Origin: Neophaeotheca triangularis
Lineage: Eukaryota
Direction of reading: 5' to 3'
Assembly: GCA_054600435.1 (NCBI GenBank)
Contig: BAAIJX010000093.1
Coordinates: forward strand, 1 to 52,193
DNA: 52,193 nt
The translations under genes were made by a program, and so were the position numbers. Numbering within the stretch: the stretch's first letter is position 1; the number at the start of each line of letters is the position of its first letter. A model generated the notes under the pieces. The model saw only the letters and a list, made by a program, of their open reading frames with translations. It ran no database searches and was not told the DNA's origin. Positions 1 through 10,800 of the stretch are shown piece by piece.

Positions 1-150
1 CCCCCCGGGGGACGTCTCTACCACATCGGCCCTCGAGCCTTGAAAAAATCACATTGAATGGATGTGAAAGACAGACGTGGGATATCTCTATATTTGTACG
101 CAGATGGAGTTAATGCGTGCATCTTAATCAATACTCGCTAAGACACATAA

Positions 151-1623
151 AGAAAGGAGCGCGTCTACCTCGATGCAAAAAGGCGCCAGTTCTACCAGCA
201 CTCCGGAAGTTACCGACAACAGCCCAATGAGCGTAAACCCGCCACGAAAGGGGGTGTAAAAAGATCACGCTCAGATGTTTCGGAACCAGGAAGTGGAGTA
301 GGGCCCTCTGATCGATTTTTGAAATCGGCGGCTGGAGCTAGCGATAGCGCCAGACTTGTCACCAATCAATTCAAGTCAATTTGGTAGGTGAATTGACATT
401 GAATTGATGCCAAGGCCTGGGGGGGTGAATTGAAATTGAATTGACCTACCAATGCAGTAGGTGAATTGAAATTGACTTGCAAGGATTGACCGTGCTGTAC
501 TTACCGTATTAGGAAGGAGGTTGTGCCAAGCATACTACTTAGATTGCTATACCATAAGCTCACTAAATCACCTTATGCTCCTAGGTGACCTCCCTATTAG
601 CCTATTACTACTCCCTACTCTTGATTACTACTTTCTCTCTTTCCTCCTCTTTTTAGTGACGCATTAAAAGGGAGCTATCAGCTCGTAGGTGTGTGCGGTA
701 GGAGGTGGTCTCCATAGTAGGAGGGGCACCTATTTAGTAGAGGTAGAAGTAGGTGCGCATAGTGGCTCTCAGGTACGCATAGTGGCTCGGAGGTCGCGGA
801 GGTGCTATGGTGGCTCCGTCGGTCGCGGCGGTATTGGCCCTAGTAGCTCTGTCGGTCGCGGAGGTGCTATGTGCATGTATACAGTACCGACGCGGAGGTG
901 AGACGAAGCCGCAGGAGGTCAGTCCGGTAGATCTCCGGCTTATCTTCCAGCCAACAGGAAGCCTAGGATAAGCATAGATAAGCTGTAGGGTCAGAGTTTG
1001 GTTGCTCTAGGGTCAGAGTTTGGTTTACAGAATATATCTATCAATCCTTGCAATCCTTGCAATTCAATCCATACTATGAATTGAAATTGGTGGGTCTTAT
1101 AGTATAGGTGAATTGAAATTGAATTGGTGCCAAGATCAAGTCAATTCACCTCGTGAATTGAAATTGAATTGGAATGGATTGATTGGTGACAAGTCTGGAT
1201 AGCGCTCAGTCGAAGATTACCGGGGGTTGGACCGGTCCTGAATCGAAGAAGGGCAAGGCAAAATCCGCCGATAAAAAGGCGGTCGTACCGGGGAATGGCA
1301 CACCCGATGCGCAACAATCGAAAAAGAGAAAGAAAGATAGAACGACGAAGTCCCCACCCGCGGATCCTACACCCGAGGCAACCTCTCAAACAAAACCGGC
1401 AAGGCGGCCAGAAGAAGAGACACCCACACAGCGATCCTTGACCGACGATGCCGACACTAAGACGGCGCCCGTCTGGATGACCCTACTGGTGGGAGAGTCA
1501 TGCATCCTCGCCGGGAAGACATTGGTTCTCTTGGCTGCCAGGCTACGAACATATTCCCAGCGGGCCTCGAACGCCCTCAAAGCAGCCACTCGGCCGCTTA
1601 TACTCTCTAAGTCCCCGTCGTAA
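151..1623 (+). pseudogene. Low-complexity basic hypothetical gene interrupted by the hAT element
   Basis: Frame is open 151-350 (RKERVYLDAK...LKSAAGASDS). It resumes in phase at 1206-1623 (AQSKITGGWTG...) once the element plus one TSD copy is removed. A GCTAA branch-like site and AAG near 137-152 suggest an upstream intron. Confidence 0.55.
351..1197. mobile_element. Non-autonomous hAT-superfamily DNA transposon / MITE (847 bp)
   Basis: Perfect 20-bp TIR: CAGACTTGTCACCAATCAAT at 351-370 and its reverse complement at 1178-1197. 8-bp direct repeat GATAGCGC at 343-350 and 1198-1205 (TSD). Many subterminal GTGAATTGAAATTGAATTG-type repeats at both ends. No transposase ORF; interior is TpA-rich (RIP-like). 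An 8-bp TSD with CAG...CTG ends is typical of hAT elements. Confidence 0.92.
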
Positions 1624-2095
1624 TTCAAGCGTCCGCGCTGATGGGTCCACCGTACCGAACGAGAGAATCTCCGCCAGGGGATGCCTTGGCTTCCTCGATC
1701 TTTGGGCTGCGAAAGGCTTCCCGACTTCGTTTGGCATGGGATGTAGTTTGTGTGTAGCCCATTTCTGGCGCTGCGAAGAACGATGTCCAGCACAGGGCTG
1801 TGGCTTTGGGACGCATCATGTCAAGAAGTGAATGATTGATCGGTTCTGTCTTTCTTCGCTGGTGACTATGCTGTCCCAGATACAGTTGCACTTTAATTGA
1901 TCTTCGTTGGTATGAGTTTGTGAAGACCGCAATTTTGTGGTACTTTGGCCTATGACGATTTTATGTAGTGCTTAATATCACTGTTTTCTCTCCCCCCAAT
2001 TGCGGCAATGGCTTGATAGTATCCAAAATCTCCTCCCTCCATCACGGGTCACTTCTAAGACTATAGTACACTTGTCCAATTCCCCCATATCCCCC

Positions 2096-4963
2096 CTAAG
2101 CCCCCTGAGCCAACCACTCCTCCAAACTCATCCCATCCCCAAAAGTAAAGCCCTCCACATTCACGAATTTCGCCGAGACCTCAGCCTTCCCACCGACGCT
2201 ACCATCCCCACCATCCCGACCCTGGCCCTGACCATCCCCCTCAAAACCCCCAACCTTCTTCTCCCCCTTCTTTCCTTCGAAAACAACCCCTCCAACTCCA
2301 TCCACGCCCGTAACCCACATCCCAATGCCACACCCCTCGAATACTCCCCCAACCCTGGTCGCCCTCTTCAGACCCCCTAACGACCGCCTGGCTTCGGCCA
2401 CGCCCGCAAAGTCCAGAACCCATACTTCCTCGCCCTCGAACTGGTGCGAATTGCCCGCGAGCGGCTGCGGGAAGAACCTCCCGAGTGAGCCGTAAGCGCC
2501 CCGGAGGTTGTAGCCTGTGGTGGTGTGGCCACGGCTGGTGGGGTAGCCTGTGATGGCTACGAAGCGGGTTAAGGGCTGGTCGGGGGCTTGCGCGTTTTGC
2601 AGCTCGGTGAGGAGATTGCGCTCGGAATGGCTGAAGTGGGTGGCGGTACCCAGGAGGGAGATGGAGGCACACAGGCATGTGGTAGGGTCTGTGGCCGAGA
2701 CGAAAGAGAGATTGGCGCCGCCGGCGAACTTGTCAACCACGGTTTGAGCCGCAGAGGCGTTGGTAAAGACCACGAGGATGGTGGCGGTGTCGGGGGTGAG
2801 GGGAGGAGTCGTCCAAATCTTCGACGTATCAACATAGACTGCCCGAAAGACATCCGGGGACTCCGTCTTTGCAAGAACCTCTGACAGAGAGGTACTGGTG
2901 GGAACATCAGATATGACGATAGTAAGACGCTCCGAAGGATCAGTCTCCGACGCAGCCTTGTAGTTGGGCTCGGGGAAGTACCGACGGCGGTCGTGACGTC
3001 TGAAAGCTGGCACATGACGAGGGGTCTGTCGATCCACTGTAGCGTTAGAATCGAAAGATTGCTGCAAGTCCCCTCTGGTGTGACGGCCGGCATTTTTGAC
3101 TACCTTGTAGTCTGCTTGTTCCGCTTCGGGAGAAGTGGCCTTGACCTGGTTGGCCTCACCATCTAGTAGACTGGCCTCGTGGTGTCCCAAGTTCTCCTTA
3201 CCGTCAGTCTCGGAACTGCCAGCAATCAAAGCAGCAGCCTCGGCATCGGGAACGGGTGTGCAAACCGCTATTCTCTCCTCATTGGACTTGGCGACGGTCT
3301 CAGGCGTCTCTTCCACTCGAGCAGTCTGCTCAAAAGCAAGCAACAAGTCATCCTCACCAGTCTCGGGGGACATGTCCCCACCACTGCCGTGAACCACCCC
3401 CTCGCCAACCTGCACCCCTTCGTTCTGCTCGCCGGTTGCCGGGGTCCCAGGGACTTCTGCATCCGCCTCTGTGAGAACGCGGCGCTCGGCTTGCTTGGCC
3501 AAGTACGCGGGACGAACGGTGCTCTCGTAGTACTCCTGCCACTCGGCAGCCGAGTGGTCGAAGTGATGACGTTCGTAGTCCAGCCATTCGTCGGCGTACT
3601 CATCCTGGTTCATGTCCTCCAGGTATCCCGCATAGCCCATCAGGCTCCGGTACTGACCGGCGGAAAACGAATTCGGGCCGTCACGGCTGGTGCCGTAGTA
3701 GCGAGGGCCTCGGACGAGACGTCTCGCAGCATCGGGATTGTAGAGGGCTGGCTCCATGTGCTGGCAGGCGATGGTAGTAGGTTGATAGCGGGGCTGTTCC
3801 TCATCGAACTGGTCTTGAGTGCCCTCAAGCTCGAAAGTACCCGCGGGAGGCAAAGGAGTGGTATTCAGAGTCTCAGGTTCGCGGACGGGAAGGGGAGGGT
3901 TTGCACTAAGCCATTCCCCACGAGCGCCAGAGCCCACAGGCTTAAGGCCTGCGGCCACTTGGTCCTTGTACGACCTTCTGCAGTGTGGAGGCAGTCTCGG
4001 GTCGTCGTAGAGTTCGGGGAAGTGCGTAGAGGCCTCGCTCACTTGGGACTGCTTGTCGAGGTCTGGGGCACTTTCGCAGGCCCTTGGGATGGTCGAAAGG
4101 CTCAATTTCGACAACGCCATCTGGCCGAGCTTCGACCCACTTTTGATGTTTTTGACGTTCTCGAAGCTGTTAACCAGGTCTGAGAACGAGTGACCTTGAC
4201 GAGTGTTGTAAGAACCGCTGCCTGGAGATGGCTCTTGCTTGATCGAAAGGGATCTTGTGGGCATTCCGACGTTGTAGCGATTGTAATCATCCGCAGCCAA
4301 CTTCTTCTCGACGGACCTTGACAGCGTATGGGTGGTGGACCTTGAAGGACCCTGTGCTGGTTGATGTTGATGGTCACGAGGGCGAGGCGTAGGACTCTCG
4401 TGGTTAAGGCGGCTATCGCGCATCATGAGAACATCAGCAAAACTTGTCGACTGCGACACCGAGCGAGAACTGCTGGAGAATCCTTGGCGCAAGCGCTGGT
4501 TCTCACGCTGAATTCTTTTCAGAGAGCGGTGGCTCTGGATCACGGTGCGTTGGGAAGCCTTCAAGGCGCGCTTGCCGTCCCATTTGCTCTTCTCGAGCTC
4601 ATCCGAAAGTTGTTTGACTTGAGCCATGAGCTGCTGGAATTGCGTGTCCTCCCCTGGAGGCGTCGGAGGACCTTGGGCGGGACCATCAGAGACCTCAAGC
4701 TGGGGGAAGCCAGTAGAGCCGGAAGAATTGCACCCCAATGCGGTTATGACTTTGCTCTCGATGGATCCCAAACGGCGGTCTAGGGACGCATTCGCAACGG
4801 TGGCATGATCACGGGCTTCGATGCGGCTCTCATTGTTGGTGGCCATTGCATTGATGAGCCAAGCCGCGCCACTTTGACCTTGCTGGATTTGCTGCTGGGC
4901 GAGCCGGATCTCAGTCTCGAGCTCGATGATGCGGCGGTCTTTTGGGTCGATGTTGATCGCCAT
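2096..4963 (-). CDS. Hypothetical ~955-aa protein: N-terminal coiled coil, central Myb/Rap1-like helix motif, C-terminal RRM-like domain
   Basis: Long intronless ORF; likely start MAINIDPK at 4963. Motif WLDYERHHFDHSAAEWQEYYESTVRP resembles a Myb/homeodomain-like recognition helix. TIVISDVP...SLSEVL...TILVVFTNASAA resembles an RRM beta-alpha-beta pattern. Confidence 0.75.
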   Translation of the reverse strand: MAINIDPKDRRIIELETEIRLAQQQIQQGQSGAAWLINAMATNNESRIEARDHATVANASLDRRLGSIESKVITALGCNSSGSTGFPQLEVSDGPAQGPPTPPGEDTQFQQLMAQVKQLSDELEKSKWDGKRALKASQRTVIQSHRSLKRIQRENQRLRQGFSSSSRSVSQSTSFADVLMMRDSRLNHESPTPRPRDHQHQPAQGPSRSTTHTLSRSVEKKLAADDYNRYNVGMPTRSLSIKQEPSPGSGSYNTRQGHSFSDLVNSFENVKNIKSGSKLGQMALSKLSLSTIPRACESAPDLDKQSQVSEASTHFPELYDDPRLPPHCRRSYKDQVAAGLKPVGSGARGEWLSANPPLPVREPETLNTTPLPPAGTFELEGTQDQFDEEQPRYQPTTIACQHMEPALYNPDAARRLVRGPRYYGTSRDGPNSFSAGQYRSLMGYAGYLEDMNQDEYADEWLDYERHHFDHSAAEWQEYYESTVRPAYLAKQAERRVLTEADAEVPGTPATGEQNEGVQVGEGVVHGSGGDMSPETGEDDLLLAFEQTARVEETPETVAKSNEERIAVCTPVPDAEAAALIAGSSETDGKENLGHHEASLLDGEANQVKATSPEAEQADYKVVKNAGRHTRGDLQQSFDSNATVDRQTPRHVPAFRRHDRRRYFPEPNYKAASETDPSERLTIVISDVPTSTSLSEVLAKTESPDVFRAVYVDTSKIWTTPPLTPDTATILVVFTNASAAQTVVDKFAGGANLSFVSATDPTTCLCASISLLGTATHFSHSERNLLTELQNAQAPDQPLTRFVAITGYPTSRGHTTTGYNLRGAYGSLGRFFPQPLAGNSHQFEGEEVWVLDFAGVAEARRSLGGLKRATRVGGVFEGCGIGMWVTGVDGVGGVVFEGKKGEKKVGGFEGDGQGQGRDGGDGSVGGKAEVSAKFVNVEGFTFGDGMSLEEWLAQGA

Positions 4964-5070
4964 TGTGAAGTCTGTCGAATGAGAAGTTGTATATACTACG
5001 AAGGGAGGGTAGCACCAAGTGAAAGAGTCAGATGTCGGAAGATGCTGGACAAGTCCAAGGTTGTCGAGGT

Positions 5071-6425
5071 TGTGGGAGAGGGGGAAAGGTCGTAAGAGCA
5101 GACTGGGCAGAAAGCTAAACTTATAGCCAGTTAGCACCCATGTGAAAAACCACCACGAGTTTGTCAGGTAGGAGGAAAGTGAAGTCATCCGGGCCTCTGG
5201 GGGCGCACTTACAAATCCTCAGTTGGGAAGAAAGAAGTCGGAAGAAAGCTCGAATGGTGGCAGAGAAAATAAGGGCGAAAGAGCTATCCCGGAAGAGGAG
5301 CTGGACTTGTAGTTAGCAGAACTGCACGCTGAGGTTTCCCACATGCCACGTCAGACTAGTAGCGCATGTGACTGGAGATCCTTCCGGCTCCGGGAACTTA
5401 CAGTTGGTCGAGGAGGACAGAGGCAAGTGGTCTTGCTTGGTGGGAGAGATGGAAAGGTCGAAGGGCAGGACTGGAAGAGAAGCCAAAGATATAGTCAGCC
5501 AAGTTGCTCGTGAATGGGAAGCACATGCTGGTGAGACCTTGTGAATGCTTTGCTCGAAATCTGACACACTTACCAGGTCGAGGCTGGAGAATATCGAGGA
5601 CTGAGTGTTGGCAGACCACGGTATGAGCTCTGAGGGCTTTTGGTCGAGAAGGGGAAAGGTTGTAGGCCGAAGCTGCAAGGGGAGCCAAAGATATAGTCAG
5701 CGAACATGCATGTGAAAGAGCGCACGAGCTCCAGAGTTCGATCGGAGTGAGTACCGCGAATTTCGAGAGATAGAAACTCAAGAGACGGTGTTGGATGAAT
5801 GTGCTAACCAGTACTTGACCTAAGAAAGATGAAGATCCAAGCAGCCAAAAGAAATCTGGTCTTCTTGTCGGTTGTCAAGGAAAAGAAGTTGCAGTTTCGA
5901 GAAGCCTGTGGAGCCGCTTTTATGGTCAGCACAGTCTTGTGACAGGGTGGCACACGCTCTTGTCCTCAAATGAAAGAAAACATCCAGTGGAAATAGAGGC
6001 TTGCGAGCGAAGGCTGATATCTCGAGGGTGTGCTTACCGGGTAGAGGACCAAAGCGGTTTTTGAGTCCGTGGGTTTGGATCAGTCTGCTTTTGTTGTTCG
6101 GCTTGATCGAGGAGAAGAATCAGGGTGTCGAGCCGTTGAGCTGAGCTAAGAGTCTCGAAGTCAGAGTAAGCGGCCTTTGCACTTGAATGAGCCTGTTCTT
6201 AAGGCGAGGCAAAGCCAAGGTGAAGCTAGGGGCTCGAGTCCAAGCGGACTGGGATATGCTCTGCTGAAAAACTTACCAGATAAGGATCAGGTTGGGTGGT
6301 GACTAGAGGTGACTGGGAGATTTGTCTTCCTGGTTGTTGTTGGAGAGAAGGAAAGGTTGTAGGCTCCAGCAGCAGGGAAGCCGCTTTTATGGCCGGGTCA
6401 GGGGGCTGTTGGCATGTGAAAGCCT
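5071..6425 (-). repeat. Five degenerate ~90-bp units with TATA-like box, CT-rich leader and nearby splice donors
   Basis: Plus-strand consensus GAGA..GGAAAGGTYGTAGG...GAAGCC....TATRGYCAG....CATGTGAA at ~5071-5160, 5438-5525, 5641-5730, 5870-5945 (most diverged) and 6335-6425. ACTTAC/GCTTAC (minus-strand GTAAGT/GTAAGC) at 5207, 5396, 5568, 6032, 6271. Confidence 0.7.
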
Positions 6426-7885
6426 ACACTGGTCCGCGTGAATGTTGATGGCCGGGGTGAGAGGAATATTCACGCCAACAGATACCGAGCTGAACGGCCC
6501 CTGTGAGCAACAGCAGAAGGCTGGTCGGTAATGAAGTGGAGTTTGCAACTCAATTCATATAGATGTGCTGCCAGCGGAGCCTCCGCTCAGGCTCAGGCTA
6601 ACGTGTGTAAGTTGGTGGCATTTCGAACGCTATTCCAGACCACTTTGCTGTCTGGCAAGTGCCAAATAAAAGTAAGTTGATAACGATTTGAATGCTATTT
6701 CGAACCACTTTCCCACTTGGAGCGTGCAAGATCAAGGAGAGGTTTCTGAGGCAAACTGCCGGCCGGAACAACGACGGTAAATCCATGCTCGCCGATTTAA
6801 TGGTACAGAACTCGTAATAGCGAGACTATAGAGAAGGCAGTCTGGTACTATATCACGATGTTGGATTGAGTATGGATTGATAGGAAAGAGGGAGCGGTTT
6901 GATATGCTGTAACAGAAGCTAAAGGCAGCTAAGAAGGTGCAAAATCGCTTTGTACTCATCGTTGGCTTAGCAAACAGGATTTGGGTTTGAGTGCGCAACC
7001 ACTGGAGCAGCATCGCACCTTGCCAGAGAGGCCTCGGTAACCCAGGAGTCGGAGGTGATTGGACATTACAGAGGAGTGCTGGGGTCCTTGGGGACATTGA
7101 TTGAGCCGATTAAGCATAGTCGTATGATTATTGTACTTCCACGCCAGGAAAACGGCGTCGATATAGTCGTACGTTCAGGCTCTAGAAGAGCGAGGGCGAG
7201 CCGGGATTCTTTGAATATCGGGACTTAAAAAAAAGGCCATAGTGGCTACTGGGCGAAGAGCATTGGATGCGGGATGATAATGACCTTTTGTGGCATTGCG
7301 TATTCAGGCAAATCACGAGACTTGCTGTGAAAGTGAAGTTGAAGGGGAAGATGAGGTCGGAAAAGCCAATGGGCCGCTAGTCAAAATGGGGAATGGTGTG
7401 AACTACAAAGCTTGGCACCTGTGGGGTCAAGCTTGGACCTGCATGCGAGCTCTAAGAATCTCACCTGTGGGAGGAAAGTCCGAACCTTCCCTAGGAAGGT
7501 ACCTAAAGTGAGGAGTGAGGAAGCTGCTGCCGCCTTGAGAGTTCGATCTATCGCAAACCTCTCACAAAATTCCCCCGCCGTCACTCCCGAGTTCACTTTG
7601 CGCGCCTCCTTCGTGACACTATCGCGTTGCACGTGGTTCCCTTTGAGCTTCCATCTCCCGTCCCGTCCTCTTTTTCCATCCTTCACTCTTTCCCCCTCTA
7701 CCTTACTTTTCTGCTTACCTCCCATACCATCACCACTTAATCGCCTCTCGCGCACTTCTCGAAATTCAACCGCCCCGCACATGCCTTCCTAATCCGGCAA
7801 CGCCGACGACAGGCTCCGCCACTGCCACTCCCACTACCATCATCACCATCACCTCCACACCTCCACACCTCTTCCACCGCCCAGC

Positions 7886-10800
7886 ATGGCTCCCGCCGAC
7901 GAGTCCCATCTGGACGTGCGCTTCACCGTCTACGTCCTCCCGCCCCCACTATCAACCGCAGCCGAGCCCTGGGACCCCAACGGCAGCGAGAAGCGACCTT
8001 CAGGCACCAAATCTCTGGCAGTCCCTTCATGTCGCTCGGAAACCATCAACGACCTCTGGGAGCGCATCGAACAGCGTTTCGCCTTGGCCTACCGGCACCA
8101 ACGCGACCTCTATTTTTCGCGCTTGCAGACCAGCGACGGCGCGGACTTGATGCGGTTCGATTCCGTCGGCGCGCTGTATGGGAATCTGCCGTGGTCGGAG
8201 TGGAAAGTTTACATGCGCACTTTGAGGGTTGCCGTCAAGGATTCGTTGCCTGCGACGACAGCTCTCAGACCTGAGGGATTTGTGAAGCCGGAGCTGACCG
8301 AGGAGGAGGCCGAGCGGAGAAGAGAGCAGAGGGAGCGGTATGGGGTTGAGGTTGGGGAAATGGAGGTCGAAAGACCGGTCGAGTCGAGGGAGAGGGATGA
8401 TGGAGAGGGCAGGACAGACCAGGATGGTTTCAAGATTCCTGCTTTGCCCAAGCCGAGGAGTGCTCGTGGGCGTAGGCAGAGGGATGAGGTCAGCGACAGT
8501 GAGGGTGAGCAGAGCCGCAAGAGCAAGAGTCAGACACCCGGCAGGCGCAAGCGTACACGTTCTCCCAGTGCCGATGTCAGCGGTACCGAGTCGGGGAAGA
8601 AGAAGCGTAAACGAGCAAAGGCCGAAAAGGAAGAGCATGAAGAGCGCAAGAAGCGCAAGAAGCAGCGACGAGAGTCTCGCAGTGAGAACGCTGGATCCGA
8701 AGCATCTCAACCGGACCAGCCTCTAGAATCGGCCGGGAAAGATGAGGGTGACATAGGTGAAGCTCCTGCCATTGCGTCTACCCGCACCAACCAACCCAAT
8801 AATGCCATCCGAGGACCCAACGGCACGCAGAATTCCGAAGGTGAAGGCCAGATCACGCCGGATAGTGGACAGCGTCTAGCGAGCTTTGAACCGCCAGAAT
8901 CTGCACAGCGGCCAGGAAAAGGGCGGACGGCTGTATCAGGAGGACTGCACGGGGAACAACTGCACCCGCTCAGCGAGGACGTCGGCATCCAGCCAGTTGA
9001 TATTGAAGACCCGGCCGTTGATGATGATCTCTTACTTGCAGCAGAGGACGCCACCCAGCAAACCAACGACGCAGCCGGGCCAAATCAACTCCCAACCCAG
9101 ACCGACGAGGCTCTACCCAGCTCCCTACCCCTGCCAACAGCACCTCAAGCCATCGCAGAAACGCCAGCCGCACGTCCATCCGCCGAGCTTCCGTCCTCCC
9201 AAACCGCCTTCGACGCCCTGACCAGCTCGCAAGCCCGTGCGGACTCCGAACTTTCCTCGACTAGAAATTGGACCGTTCGCGAAGACGCCATTCTCCTGAA
9301 GAGCATGTTCCTCAAATTGAAGCCCTTCCAAGTCATCGCCCGCTACAACCTCGACCGCTCCGACAGTGGCGTGCGCGGTCGCAAACGCACACTCCTACGC
9401 CGCTTCCCCGATGCCAGCAAAGTAGACCGCAGCACTGAAGTCGGTAACGCCGCAGCAGATACCGGGGCTGAAGCTGGTTCAAGTCCCGTCAAAGCGAGAT
9501 GGTCGAAGCGAGAGGCCGCTTTGTTGCGTCAAGGCGTTGTGGACGGGTTCGAGGATGCGGAAATCCGGAACATGCATTTTGGCAACCGCTCGCTCGAGTC
9601 GGTTGCCAAACAAATCCGGCGCAGCGAGAAGGGTTACTGGTTTGGAGAAAAGGCTAGAAAGGATTTCCCCACCGACGATGTGGAATTGAAGGGTTGGAAG
9701 GACAGGCATTCCGCTTTTCTGAAGCGGGCGGTCAGGGAGGGGATGCATGAGCGTGATGCCATCAAGAAGTGGTTTTATGCTTGGGAGGCCAAGTTGGTCA
9801 AGAGGAAGTTTCAGGCTTTCAGGGAGAAGCTTGAGAAGATTGGTGGGTTTAGGCCGCGCACCGCCGTTGATGAAGGCAAGAGTTCTCAGCGGGATGGAGA
9901 TGCTGAGGCACTGGCTGAAGTCGAGGGCGAGGACGATCCTAGCATCGATAGCTCGCCGCCTTGGATGCCCGATACTGCCAACCGACCTTCTTTCGTTGCC
10001 ACTCCGGCTATTCCCGCCACTGGCAACACCAGCTCGACGCAAGCACCCCAGCCGACTTCCACGGGTCCCACCGCCACTGCCACGCCAGCTATTGCAGCGG
10101 CCGGACAAGGCACACGCTCTTCCCCACCGCACCCTTCGCCAACGACCACAAACGCTCGTCCCGCCGACCCCCCGTCCACAGGCCAGCTCCGTAGACCAAC
10201 GGCTAGCGCTAGCCGCCACAGCAGAGGCTTTCTCGCTACCTCTGGCAGCGGGAATCGTCGACGTGCTGCGGCTCCTACTTCGAATCCCGCGGCCACTAAC
10301 ACTCCTGCCACTATCACCGCAGCCGCCAATGCCTCCACCGTCAACCCCGCAGCCACCAACGCCCCCGCCGTCAACACCCCCGCCGTAAGAGTCATCCAAG
10401 CCAATCATGCCCGCACAAACAGCCCGCACGTTGTCATCTCGAATGGTGAGCAAAACACTGCCCGCCGCGCCGCCTTCCTTGCTATGCCCGAGGAGAACTC
10501 CCAGGATAGCCAGCAGACTACTTTGGCTTTCCCGAGGGACAAAGGGAAAGGACGGGCGGATGGGCTGCCGAGACCGGATATGTCTTCTGCCGGGGGTAGT
10601 TCGCAAGTCGAAGGAGCAGGATCAGGGGATCGGGCAGCTGGGGATGCAGCTGCAGAGGGTGGGGAGCAGCAACAAGAGTGTCTGGAGATCCCGGAGACTG
10701 TGCAAGGGGATTCGCAGCAGCCTTTGACGCAGGAGCATGATGCTAGTGCTGACGGAGCTGTTGGTGGTCAGCCACAGCAGCAGCAACAGCAGCAGCAGGA

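Noticed and set aside
3179..4183. 334-aa plus-strand ORF, and the many similar antisense ORFs over real genes
   Set aside because: Shadow ORFs opposite GC-rich coding sequence with no recognisable motifs.
4964..5188. N-terminal 75-aa extension of the 1030-aa ORF
   Set aside because: Overlaps a promoter-like repeat unit and splice-like signals; the ATG at 4963 has a better context (CACAATGG).
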